Translations under genes and position numbers: made by a program
Source of the DNA: Acidimicrobiia bacterium
GTDB taxonomy: Bacteria; Actinomycetota; Acidimicrobiia; IMCC26256; PALSA-555
Direction: 5' to 3'
DNA: 54,951 nt
NCBI GenBank assembly: GCA_009694435.1
Contig: SHUY01000003.1
Coordinates: 1-54,951, forward strand
Shown here: positions 40,247 through 48,583 of the stretch, in pieces
Position numbering within the stretch: position 1 is the first letter of the stretch
Layout: every line of letters starts with the position of its first letter
Notes under the pieces: generated by a model
Told to the model about the DNA's origin: nothing
The model's database searches: none
The model's input: only the letters and a program-made list of their open reading frames with translations

Positions 40247-40304
40247 CTTGTTGGGGCGCCTCAGTCAAGAAAGTGTTGCGCGCGCTTAAGCCACAAAAGA
40301 GGAG

Positions 40305-40871
40305 CTAGCTCCCGCTAATGGTTACTACTTTTTTACACGCCTTAACCTGCTGAAAGGTTTTTAGTAGGTCAGAGTTAGTAACACTAGAAAACGGGTCTGA
40401 TAATCCATTGAGTGAGCCCAAGGTCAAGTTGATCGTCGTATTGAATCCCAAGTTAGTGCCGGTAAACCCCGCGCTCGTAGGGTCGGCAGCTCGGAGATCG
40501 GCAAATGCGTCCGTTAGGTCCGATTGGTTGCCTTGAATTTTCTTAGTAAAAGTCGCGGCGTTGGCTTTGCCACCACTGGTATTTGGATAAATCGCCATCA
40601 ATTGAGTAACCGCAGTGTTGTAGGTGGCCAACAATTGGTCGCCGAGAGCGAGAGTGGCCGTTTGAAAAGTAGAAGTATCGTTGATTGGAAGAACATTGTA
40701 ACTCTCCGCAAAATTTTTATTAGCTTTGGCCACCGCCGTATAATTTTTGCACAGCGTCTTAGCATATTTAGTGGCCGACACTTTCTTAGGTGTATCCGCC
40801 CCTGCAGTTATCGCACCACCACTCACCGCGCCCAAGATCAGTACTCCGACTAAAGCGATTGCTCGTTTCAT
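40305..40871 (-). CDS. Secreted hypothetical protein (signal peptide, helical, two Cys)
   Basis: MKRAIALVGVLILG...AGA signal peptide. TAGGCT -10 lies 6 nt upstream on the - strand. Confidence 0.8.
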   Translation of the reverse strand: MKRAIALVGVLILGAVSGGAITAGADTPKKVSATKYAKTLCKNYTAVAKANKNFAESYNVLPINDTSTFQTATLALGDQLLATYNTAVTQLMAIYPNTSGGKANAATFTKKIQGNQSDLTDAFADLRAADPTSAGFTGTNLGFNTTINLTLGSLNGLSDPFSSVTNSDLLKTFQQVKACKKVVTISGS

Positions 40872-40905
40872 GCCCAAAGCCTATCAAGACTTGTATACTC
40901 CGAAT

Positions 40906-41427
40906 ATGTTTTCAAATTTCACTGCTTCTCAGTTAGTCGCCTTGCGTTGTGTCCTCGACCGGGTGATTCCTGGCGATGATCTGACCCCTGGCGCCGGCGA
41001 AGCCGGGGGAGCGGAATACATAGATCGCTTGTTGGGGGCGTTTAATTTCGACCCACCGCAAATTTGGGCCGGAGGCCCGACTTCGGGGCGAAGAGGAGGA
41101 GCGGCAGCGTTTGACCATTGGATTGAAATGGGAGAGTGGGAAAAACTGGCCTGGCGCACTCGTATTGACCAGTGGTCCCTTGTCTACGAGGCCGGACTTC
41201 TAGCTCTCGGCGATGATTTCGTCGAGTTAAGCCCCGACCAGCAGACCGAGCGCCTAAAGCAAACATCAACCGAGTTTCGCTCGGTGCTTTACGAACACGG
41301 GTGCGAAAGTCTTTACGGCGATCCGATCTATGGCGGAAATCGTGATGCCAAAGCCTGGCAGGCGATCGATTACCGCGGTGATGTTCAACCCGAGGGCTAT
41401 ACCGATCAAGAGGTGAGCGCGCCATGA
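40906..41427 (+). CDS. Gluconate 2-dehydrogenase subunit 3 family protein
   Basis: LDRVIPGDD..PGA.EAG...YIDR and YGDPIYGGNRD..AW..I.Y.G. TATACT lies 6 nt before ATG 40906. Confidence 0.88.
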   Translation: MFSNFTASQLVALRCVLDRVIPGDDLTPGAGEAGGAEYIDRLLGAFNFDPPQIWAGGPTSGRRGGAAAFDHWIEMGEWEKLAWRTRIDQWSLVYEAGLLALGDDFVELSPDQQTERLKQTSTEFRSVLYEHGCESLYGDPIYGGNRDAKAWQAIDYRGDVQPEGYTDQEVSAP

Positions 41428-43166
41428 CCGGTTCGGTTACTGGCAATGACTGCGACGTGGTAGTAATCGGTTCGGGCCCAGGGGGAGCGACTGCGGCTCA
41501 TATTTTGTCGAGCGCGGGCTGGAATGTCATTGTGCTCGAAAAAGGCCGCAATCACCTGCTTGAATTAACCGAACCCTACGGCCCGATGGGCCACTTCTCT
41601 AACGATGAAATCAAATTCACTCGCCGGCACTTTCTCGGACCGGATCCTATTACCGAGCCCCGCACTTTTCGACGCAGTGAATCTGATGGTGATCGATTTT
41701 TGACTGGCCACGTCAACAGCCTGCCGTCAACGGTTGGGGGTGGGGGGGTGCACGCTGACGGTAAGCTGCCTCGTTTTCGCGAAGTCGATTTCTCTCTTCG
41801 TAGTGAACTGGGTGGAGTTGAAGGTGCTGATGTAGTTGATTGGCCGCTTGAGTATTCTGACCTCGAGCCTTATTACGCCGAAGCCGAAGAACTAGTCGGC
41901 GTGGCGGGGGAAGCAGGAAACCCCTTTGCTGCTTGGCGCTCGAGTCCTTATCCGATGCCTCCAGGGGCTGACATGTACGGATCGTTGTTATCCGGCGCGG
42001 CCGCGCTTCGCCACGGGCTGCATCCGTACCGAGCGCCAACGGGAGTAAATTCAGTTCCTTACGATGGCCGCCCCGCGTGCAATAACTGTGGGTTTTGCGC
42101 TTTTTATGGGTGCCCAATTGAAGCCAAGGGTGACCCAGTAGCGCTGTTGCGGCGAGCACTAAATACGGGCCGGTGCCAAATCATCCCTGAGGCTTATGTC
42201 CACGAAATAACTACTGATACCAGTGGAAAAAAGGCAACCGGAGTGCGCTATCTCGACCTTCGTGCTCCAGTAGATAATCCCGGAGGGCCACCGGTGCACG
42301 AAATTCGTTCTGATTATGTTGTGCTCGCGGGAGGTGCGTTTGAAACCCCCCGACTCTTGTTGCGTAACGGGCTAGGGAATTCTTCGGGGCTAGTGGGTCG
42401 CAACTTAATGTTTCACTTTCAGACCATGGTCGCGGGCGGGTTTCCCGAACGACTATGGGGCGCGAGTCGGGGTCGTTCGGTAACGCACCTCCACGACGAT
42501 CACATCGTGGGCGACAAAGCTCAAGATGTCGCCGCTAATGGTGCGGGGTTACCGTGGCTAAGAGGGGGAATCGTTGAGCACGGCGGCGCCGCCGGTCCTA
42601 TTCTTGAATCTTTGAGTTACGGATCAAATCAACACCACGCAGCCTCAATGCGAGCATCGGCGTTGCGAGAAAGACTGTGGGTTTTCACTATGCAAGGCGA
42701 AGATCTCGCTCAGCCGAATAACCGCATCGATCTCGACCCTTCAGTGCGCGACGCGTGGGGCTTTGCGTCGGGGCGAGTTACTTATCGGCCTCATCGGCAT
42801 GAGATTGCGACTTCTGATCATGTCGCTCCCATCCTTGAGTCGGTGCTACGCGACGCAGGGGCTGAGTGGACCGCAGTTTCCACTTCACCCCCGACCAACG
42901 AAAATGATCCTCACCCCGCCATGGGGCACGCTCCGGTGAGTTATCACATCATGGGGACAGCCCGAATGGGTGACTCTCCCGAGTCGTCGGTGGTCGATCC
43001 TTCGGGTCGCCTATGGGATATTGACAATGTGATTGTGGCCGATAGTTCGGTATTTCCAACTTCTACGGGTTACGGGCCCACGCTTTCACTGGTCGCACTA
43101 GCCGCTCGGGCCACTCGGCTGGCAGTGGGCGATCCGTTACCCCCCACCGCTCCCGCTAAGCCCTAA
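41424..43166 (+). CDS. GMC family FAD oxidoreductase with Fe-S motif
   Basis: VIGSGPGG, CNNCGFC...GCP, ETPRLLL, HIMGTARMG; ATGA-coupled to subunit 3. Confidence 0.93.
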   Translation: MTGSVTGNDCDVVVIGSGPGGATAAHILSSAGWNVIVLEKGRNHLLELTEPYGPMGHFSNDEIKFTRRHFLGPDPITEPRTFRRSESDGDRFLTGHVNSLPSTVGGGGVHADGKLPRFREVDFSLRSELGGVEGADVVDWPLEYSDLEPYYAEAEELVGVAGEAGNPFAAWRSSPYPMPPGADMYGSLLSGAAALRHGLHPYRAPTGVNSVPYDGRPACNNCGFCAFYGCPIEAKGDPVALLRRALNTGRCQIIPEAYVHEITTDTSGKKATGVRYLDLRAPVDNPGGPPVHEIRSDYVVLAGGAFETPRLLLRNGLGNSSGLVGRNLMFHFQTMVAGGFPERLWGASRGRSVTHLHDDHIVGDKAQDVAANGAGLPWLRGGIVEHGGAAGPILESLSYGSNQHHAASMRASALRERLWVFTMQGEDLAQPNNRIDLDPSVRDAWGFASGRVTYRPHRHEIATSDHVAPILESVLRDAGAEWTAVSTSPPTNENDPHPAMGHAPVSYHIMGTARMGDSPESSVVDPSGRLWDIDNVIVADSSVFPTSTGYGPTLSLVALAARATRLAVGDPLPPTAPAKP

Positions 43167-43239
43167 GCGCCCTTTGGCGTTGAGCCCTTAGAAGGTGGCA
43201 CGATAGCGACTTCGTTCGTAAAACTAGGAGGATCCAACC

Positions 43240-44103
43240 ATGCCGATTAACCCCGAAGCCGTAGGCGCGACCAGCTCTCCTTCCGAGGCCAGCTGGTCTT
43301 CTAAAGACTCTTTGCTCTACGCATTAGGAGTTGGCGCGGGCGTTACCGACCCAACTGGATTTGAGTTGGAGTTCACTACCGAGAACAGCCAAGACATCAC
43401 TCAGCAGGCTCTGCCTACTATGCCAGTAGTCATTAACGGTAGCGGTGGCTCGGGTCCTAACTTGATGGAAGTCATCGGAACATTCAACTGGGCAATGTTG
43501 GTTCACGGTGAACAGTCCGTAACTTTGCACAAACCTCTTCCCGTTTCTGGAAAAGCCACCATGGTTGGAAAAGTTGCCGCGATCTACGACAAAGGTAAAG
43601 CTGCCATCGTTGTGCTCGAAAACGAAGCCACCGATTTAGCCGACGGTAAACCGTTGTTCACTACCAGCATGTCCGCGTTTATTCGGGGTGAAGGGGGTTG
43701 GGGTGGCGATCGCGGCCCCAGCGGTCCCCGCAATGTCGCCCCCGAGCGCGAGCCCGATCACGTGGTTTCTTACGATACTCGTGCTGACCAAGCATTGCTC
43801 TACCGTCTAAACGGTGACCGCAATCCGCTCCACTCTGACCCTAAGTTCGCCGAACTGGCGGGATTTCCCAAGCCGATTCTGCACGGACTGTGCACCTACG
43901 GCTTTACCGGGCGAGCGTTGTTGCACGCAGTATGTAAAGGCGATCCGGCGCGTTTTCGCCAGATGGAAGGTCGATTCTCTAACCCAGTTTTCCCGGGTGA
44001 CCGACTTGACGTTCGCATCTGGATGGAGGGAGACGACGCCATTTACCAAACGTGGGTGGGCGAAAACCTCGTACTCGACTCCGGCCGGCTGGCGTTTTCC
44101 TAA
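43240..44103 (+). CDS. MaoC / double hot-dog (R)-enoyl-CoA hydratase / 3-hydroxyacyl-thioester dehydratase
   Basis: LLYALGVGAG, VHGEQ, YRLNGDRNPLHSDP, PILHGLCTYG; AGGAGG RBS. Confidence 0.92.
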   Translation: MPINPEAVGATSSPSEASWSSKDSLLYALGVGAGVTDPTGFELEFTTENSQDITQQALPTMPVVINGSGGSGPNLMEVIGTFNWAMLVHGEQSVTLHKPLPVSGKATMVGKVAAIYDKGKAAIVVLENEATDLADGKPLFTTSMSAFIRGEGGWGGDRGPSGPRNVAPEREPDHVVSYDTRADQALLYRLNGDRNPLHSDPKFAELAGFPKPILHGLCTYGFTGRALLHAVCKGDPARFRQMEGRFSNPVFPGDRLDVRIWMEGDDAIYQTWVGENLVLDSGRLAFS

Positions 44104-44106
44104 ACC

Positions 44107-44565
44107 CTAGGTAGTGGTGCGGGAGCGCCGCGCCGCGATCAAGGCTCCGACCATTCCGAGGGCTGTAGATATCACTAACGCGCCAAAAATTTGTCCCGGT
44201 CGCAGTATCGCTTGGTTTCCTTTTAGCAATGCGTGACCATCTTCTCGTATTGCCCATATAACGACACGGATGGGTATCCATAGCACTACCGTGCCCAGTC
44301 CGGCTAGGGCCCCGTTAGCGAGGGGTGTATCTGGGCGAGCGCGCCCGGCCACGTAGCCGGCCACAAAATAGCCAACCAGTACCACTACAAAAAGCAGGTA
44401 AACCCAGATCGATTTTTTAAAGTCGTCCATCTGATGATTAAGCACCGCTCGCGCTATCGCGGCGACAACAACTATCGCCAAACCCACCAGCGCCCCGCGG
44501 GTGATACTTGGCCAACTCAGTATTTTCTGATTATTAGTAGAAGCAGGCTCGCTAATTGCGTTCAT
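44107..44565 (-). CDS. Hypothetical 4-TM membrane protein
   Basis: Four hydrophobic segments (AGYVAGR...PLANGALAG); overlaps the stop of the upstream exchanger. Confidence 0.8.
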   Translation of the reverse strand: MNAISEPASTNNQKILSWPSITRGALVGLAIVVVAAIARAVLNHQMDDFKKSIWVYLLFVVVLVGYFVAGYVAGRARPDTPLANGALAGLGTVVLWIPIRVVIWAIREDGHALLKGNQAILRPGQIFGALVISTALGMVGALIAARRSRTTT

Positions 44566-45622
44566 CGCTACCTATCATCTCACCCGCAGGGGTTCGTAGC
44601 CCGTCACGCAGTATTGGCCCCAAGAAACGCCGTTGATTTATCAGTACGCCGCCGGCCAACACTAGATAGAAGATGCCGACCCCAATCCGTTCCCACTCCG
44701 CCAAACTGGGCGGCAAAATTACCCCCAGAACAAACTGGGACAAAAATAACCCGAGCAACCACCAAGCCTCTTTGACGCTTAGGCTGCGATTCATCAAAAT
44801 TGCCACCGCAAAAGCTGACTGCGCCGCAGTCAAGAAAAGTTCTTCCCGCTGGCGTACGTCGACCGGGAGACCCGACATTGCTCCACCCGCAATTATGAAG
44901 ACTAAAGGAAGACAGCCAACTAATAGCGTCCACTGATTCACTTTTGATGAGACCAGCACTCCTAGACCAGCAGAAGATTTAAGTCGGTAGGCAAATAATC
45001 CCGCAACTAAAAGTTCGGGTTCTCCCGCGGGTGCTCGCCAAATTCGGGTCACATAAAAAAAGTAAAGGCCGATAAGAATGACCGCATCATAGGGAGTGAT
45101 GTGGTTTTTCAGGGGAAGGCTAAGTGAATAGATGGTCGCCATGGCCAAGATAACGATTTCGATGGCTTGCGGGCGAGCGAGTTTGACTTCGGTGTCGATT
45201 AATCCGGAGTAGTCCTGACGGCGAGCAATTTTCCGCAATTTCCAAGCCCCAATAAACACCACTAAGGGCCAGCCAATTCCGATAAGCAACCGGTTACTTC
45301 CAGTCATATTGGCTAGCGCGAGCGGAGCGTAATCAAGATTGTTCCCCGCCTTGTAAGCAAAAGTGAAGTCAACGGCGTATTCGGGTAAGACCGCAATTAA
45401 AGCCAAAACCCCAATGGCGAGCCCACGCGAAACGTCTAATTCGAGCGCCTCAGCCGCCCAGGTCAAGAGAAAGGCCGCTCCTACGATCCCTAATCCAAAA
45501 ACTACGGCGGCCGGAATGTCATCGAGATGAGTTCCACTAACTCGCAAAAACAAAGCCGGAGTGGTAATTACCAATGCACCAATAAAAGCCGTAAACTGCC
45601 GGCGGCGGTTTTCGGTGGTCAT
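44552..45622 (-). CDS. Na+/Ca2+ (CaCA) exchanger-family protein, apparently internally deleted
   Basis: Alpha-1 repeat AVLPEYAVD/ANMTGSNR and SSKVNQWTLL are present. The first half of the alpha-2 repeat appears absent. TAGCCT lies 7 nt before ATG 45622. Confidence 0.8.
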   Translation of the reverse strand: MTTENRRRQFTAFIGALVITTPALFLRVSGTHLDDIPAAVVFGLGIVGAAFLLTWAAEALELDVSRGLAIGVLALIAVLPEYAVDFTFAYKAGNNLDYAPLALANMTGSNRLLIGIGWPLVVFIGAWKLRKIARRQDYSGLIDTEVKLARPQAIEIVILAMATIYSLSLPLKNHITPYDAVILIGLYFFYVTRIWRAPAGEPELLVAGLFAYRLKSSAGLGVLVSSKVNQWTLLVGCLPLVFIIAGGAMSGLPVDVRQREELFLTAAQSAFAVAILMNRSLSVKEAWWLLGLFLSQFVLGVILPPSLAEWERIGVGIFYLVLAGGVLINQRRFLGPILRDGLRTPAGEMIGSDERN

Positions 45623-45819
45623 CACTTTGAGGCTACCGGCTCTTGTGCTCATAATCGCTTATCGCTCCTTTTTATGCGGGTAGGAAAACTTTTGACTAAA
45701 TACCGGTGAAAAATCGGGAGTACTCCAGCATTTTGGTGGGTTATCAGGTAGTTGTGTATTTGTAAGTAAACCGACGCAGTCGGAAGCGAAACTCACTGAA
45801 GGGCAATATGGAGAATAAG

Positions 45820-46059
45820 ATGAGCGAGTTGAGCAGCAGGTCGTCATGGTGGGGTTTAGCTAGTTGCCAAGGCGTCAACCCCGATCTCTTTTTCCCGGCT
45901 TCGGAACAAGATGCGACCCCCGCGTTAGAAATTTGTGCCTCTTGTCCAGTGCGAGAAGTGTGTCTAGAGCATGCCTTGGCCAGTGAAGAGCGAGAGGGCA
46001 TATGGGGGGCTACCACCCCTCGACAGCGCCGCGAGATGCGCCGTTCTAAAAGCGCCTGA
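45820..46059 (+). CDS. WhiB family Fe-S transcriptional regulator
   Basis: ASC...DLFFP...CASCPVREVC...GIWG; four Cys. Confidence 0.95.
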   Translation: MSELSSRSSWWGLASCQGVNPDLFFPASEQDATPALEICASCPVREVCLEHALASEEREGIWGATTPRQRREMRRSKSA

Positions 46060-46092
46060 CACTGAACTGGGCCCGTCCGGTATTCTTTACCG

Positions 46093-47151
46093 ATGGCCAA
46101 TTCATCAACGTCTAGCGAGTTATGGCCCGATGTCTTGGGGCGTTTATTGGCCGGCGACGATTTGCCCGATGATTTAGTGGAAGCGACATTCACCCAAATC
46201 CTTACCGGCGCGGCCACTGACGCCCAGATCGCGGGTCTTGTGGTTGGTCTGCGGGCTAAGGGTGAGTCGGCGAGCGAACTGGCGGCCATGGTCCGTACCA
46301 CCTTGGGTTTCGCCGAAAATCTCACGATTGCTCCGGGCACGCCATTGGTGGATACCTGCGGCACGGGAGGAGATCGATCCGGAACAGTGAACGTTTCCAC
46401 TATGGCGGCTTTGATCGCGGCCGGAGCCGGCGCGCGCGTAGTCAAACACGGGAATCGAGCGAGCTCTTCTCGGTGTGGATCGGCCGATGTCCTGGAAGCG
46501 CTCGGCGTGGCTATCGACCTAGGTCCCCAAGGTGTGGCTCGGTGCGTCGAAGAAGTGGGGATCGGATTTTGTTTTGCCCCTCGGTTTCACGCGTCATTTC
46601 GCTTCGCCGCCGCCGCTCGACGCGACTTAGGGGTTACTACCACTTTCAATTTGCTGGGCCCGCTGGCGAACCCCGCGCGGGTTAAAAATCAGGCCCTTGG
46701 AGTTTCTGACGCCAACATGGCCGAAAAAATGATTATCACTTTGGCCGAATTGGGCTCTGAGCATGTGTTGGTATTCTTTGGCCACGATGGGCTTGACGAA
46801 TTGACTACCACAACCACTTCAACAATTTTTGAACTTAAAGCTGGGTCTATTACTAATTATAAAATTGACCCCGCGGACTTAGGCTTAACGAGAGCGACCT
46901 CTAAAAGCTTGGCCGGAGGTGATGCCAACACTAACGCCGCCATAGTAGGTAAAACTTTGACCGGAGAGATCGGCCCTGTGCGCGACATAGCGGTTCTTAA
47001 CGCCGCCGCCGCTCTAGTGGCGGCCGATCACGCTACTGATTTAAGTGAAGGTATCAGTCAGGCAATCGCGGCGATTGACTCGGGAGCAGCTCGGGCAATT
47101 CTAGAGAGCTGGGTCGTGGTTAGTTCCGAAGCACGAGCGAGTGAAGCCTGA
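46093..47151 (+). CDS. trpD: Anthranilate phosphoribosyltransferase
   Basis: DTCGTGGD, NVST, KHGNRASSSRCGSAD, FNLLGPLANP, DGLDE. Confidence 0.98.
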   Translation: MANSSTSSELWPDVLGRLLAGDDLPDDLVEATFTQILTGAATDAQIAGLVVGLRAKGESASELAAMVRTTLGFAENLTIAPGTPLVDTCGTGGDRSGTVNVSTMAALIAAGAGARVVKHGNRASSSRCGSADVLEALGVAIDLGPQGVARCVEEVGIGFCFAPRFHASFRFAAAARRDLGVTTTFNLLGPLANPARVKNQALGVSDANMAEKMIITLAELGSEHVLVFFGHDGLDELTTTTTSTIFELKAGSITNYKIDPADLGLTRATSKSLAGGDANTNAAIVGKTLTGEIGPVRDIAVLNAAAALVAADHATDLSEGISQAIAAIDSGAARAILESWVVVSSEARASEA

Positions 47152-47702
47152 TGGCTCGCGCTATCCGCTGCGGATCGTGCGGTGCTTCTAATCCGCTCGA
47201 ATCTAAAGTTGGGGTTACGACTCAAATGTGTCATTCGTGCGGCACGGCAATAACTATTCCTCCCAGTGCGCAAACTCGGCGGGCTAGTGATCGCCCAATT
47301 CGTCCGCCGGCTGCTCTCGCTCCGGTTAAACAACGCTCGCCCCGACGGGTCTCCACTAACCCAGTAGTTAGAACCGAGTCGGCTAACCAACCTCGCACGC
47401 GTCCTTGGCTGGTGAGGGTCTTGGCTTGGGTGCTCGCGCTCCCTCTCGCCTTTTTATTAGTTGGCATTCCCGCTCGACTCGGCGGCTATTTAACTAGTCA
47501 AAAACTGCTTGACGTTATTATTAAGCACAACATCACTCGTTTTGTTCCCGTTTTTTTGATTATCTTGGCGTGGGCGTTGGCCACAGCAATATTGGTAACT
47601 CTCATTGTTGAGATATTAAGTCTTCTTCTTGATCGCCGGCGTTTGCGCCGAGCAGAAAAGCGTTCCTCTTCTTCTCAACCACAAGCACTGCAGACTAGGT
47701 AG
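47151..47702 (+). CDS. Hypothetical Zn-ribbon / two-TM membrane protein
   Basis: CGSC...CHSC, Pro/Arg linker, two hydrophobic helices; TGATG overlap with trpD. Confidence 0.75.
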   Translation: MARAIRCGSCGASNPLESKVGVTTQMCHSCGTAITIPPSAQTRRASDRPIRPPAALAPVKQRSPRRVSTNPVVRTESANQPRTRPWLVRVLAWVLALPLAFLLVGIPARLGGYLTSQKLLDVIIKHNITRFVPVFLIILAWALATAILVTLIVEILSLLLDRRRLRRAEKRSSSSQPQALQTR

Positions 47703-47704
47703 GA

Positions 47705-48313
47705 CTAAATAGTCAATCCTTTTGGTAAATCAACACCGTCAGTTGCGGCCCGATCCATAAGTGCATGTAATACTTCCACCGTAGCTCTAGCATCAGCCAA
47801 GGCACGATGCGATGGTTCGGTTTTGACTTTAAAATACTGCGCCAGCGTATTGAGACGAAAATTTGGCACTTCGCCGGGTATTAATTTGCGGGCAAGAAAA
47901 AGAGTGTCAATTTTTTTGTGCCTCAGTTTTTTTCGCTCGCTCGCTTGTAGGGCAAAATCGAGAAAAGAAATATCGAAACTTACGTTGTGTCCACCAATAA
48001 ACGTATTTCTCGGTGATCCGAGAAACTCAAGCAGCAATGGTAAAACCTCATTTATAACCGGTTTAGATTTGACCATGGCGTTAGTTATCCCTGTGAGGTT
48101 AGTTATGACGCTCGGGATTTTCTCTTCTGGGTTTATTAAAGTCTGAAACTCGCCCAGGAGCGTTTTCCCACAATATTTGATCGCGGCGATTTCGGTAATT
48201 GCCGCCCCCGTGGGCGAGATCCCGGTGGTTTCGATATCAATAATTACCAAGGCTTCTTTCAACACCGACCCGTCGGCCGCGGTTTTAGCGTTGCTGGGGG
48301 TGATGATGGCCAT
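47705..48313 (-). CDS. DEDDh 3'-5' exonuclease (DnaQ/epsilon-like)
   Basis: DIETTG, HNVSFD, HRALADA. Confidence 0.93.
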   Translation of the reverse strand: MAIITPSNAKTAADGSVLKEALVIIDIETTGISPTGAAITEIAAIKYCGKTLLGEFQTLINPEEKIPSVITNLTGITNAMVKSKPVINEVLPLLLEFLGSPRNTFIGGHNVSFDISFLDFALQASERKKLRHKKIDTLFLARKLIPGEVPNFRLNTLAQYFKVKTEPSHRALADARATVEVLHALMDRAATDGVDLPKGLTI

Positions 48314-48321
48314 ATCTATTC

Positions 48322-48367
48322 ACCTTAGCGAACATGTGTTCGAAATCCTTGGATCTCGGGATACACT
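48322..48367. promoter_or_regulatory. LexA box CGAACATGTGTTCG (48329-48342) between divergent -10 elements
   Basis: Perfect CGAAC-N4-GTTCG. TAAGGT on the - strand at 48322-48327 and TACACT on the + strand at 48362-48367. Confidence 0.88.
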
Positions 48368-48373
48368 CGCCCT

Positions 48374-48583
48374 ATGAGCTCTCGATACCGCTGTGATGCC
48401 TGCGGCAACTTGACCCGCTTCAATGTCACCGTCACTCGCCGCACGGCTGAGTTCCATCACTTCAGCGTAGGGGGCGATCTGGAAGTTGAAGATCAGGAAC
48501 TTTTGTCCGAAAAAATCGAAACCGTTCAGTGCCGCTGGTGCGGAGCAGAAGCAGCCGAGTTGACCGCGGAGTCGGCTTTATGA
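48374..48583 (+). CDS. Small Zn-ribbon hypothetical protein
   Basis: YRCDACGNLTRF...VQCRWCG; ATGA-coupled to the NYN gene. Confidence 0.88.
   Translation: MSSRYRCDACGNLTRFNVTVTRRTAEFHHFSVGGDLEVEDQELLSEKIETVQCRWCGAEAAELTAESAL

Noticed and set aside
45744-46445. 233-aa minus-strand ORF and other long shadow ORFs (e.g. 2521-3114, 23606-24172, 27908-28516)
   Set aside because: They are antisense to well-supported genes and have no recognisable motifs.
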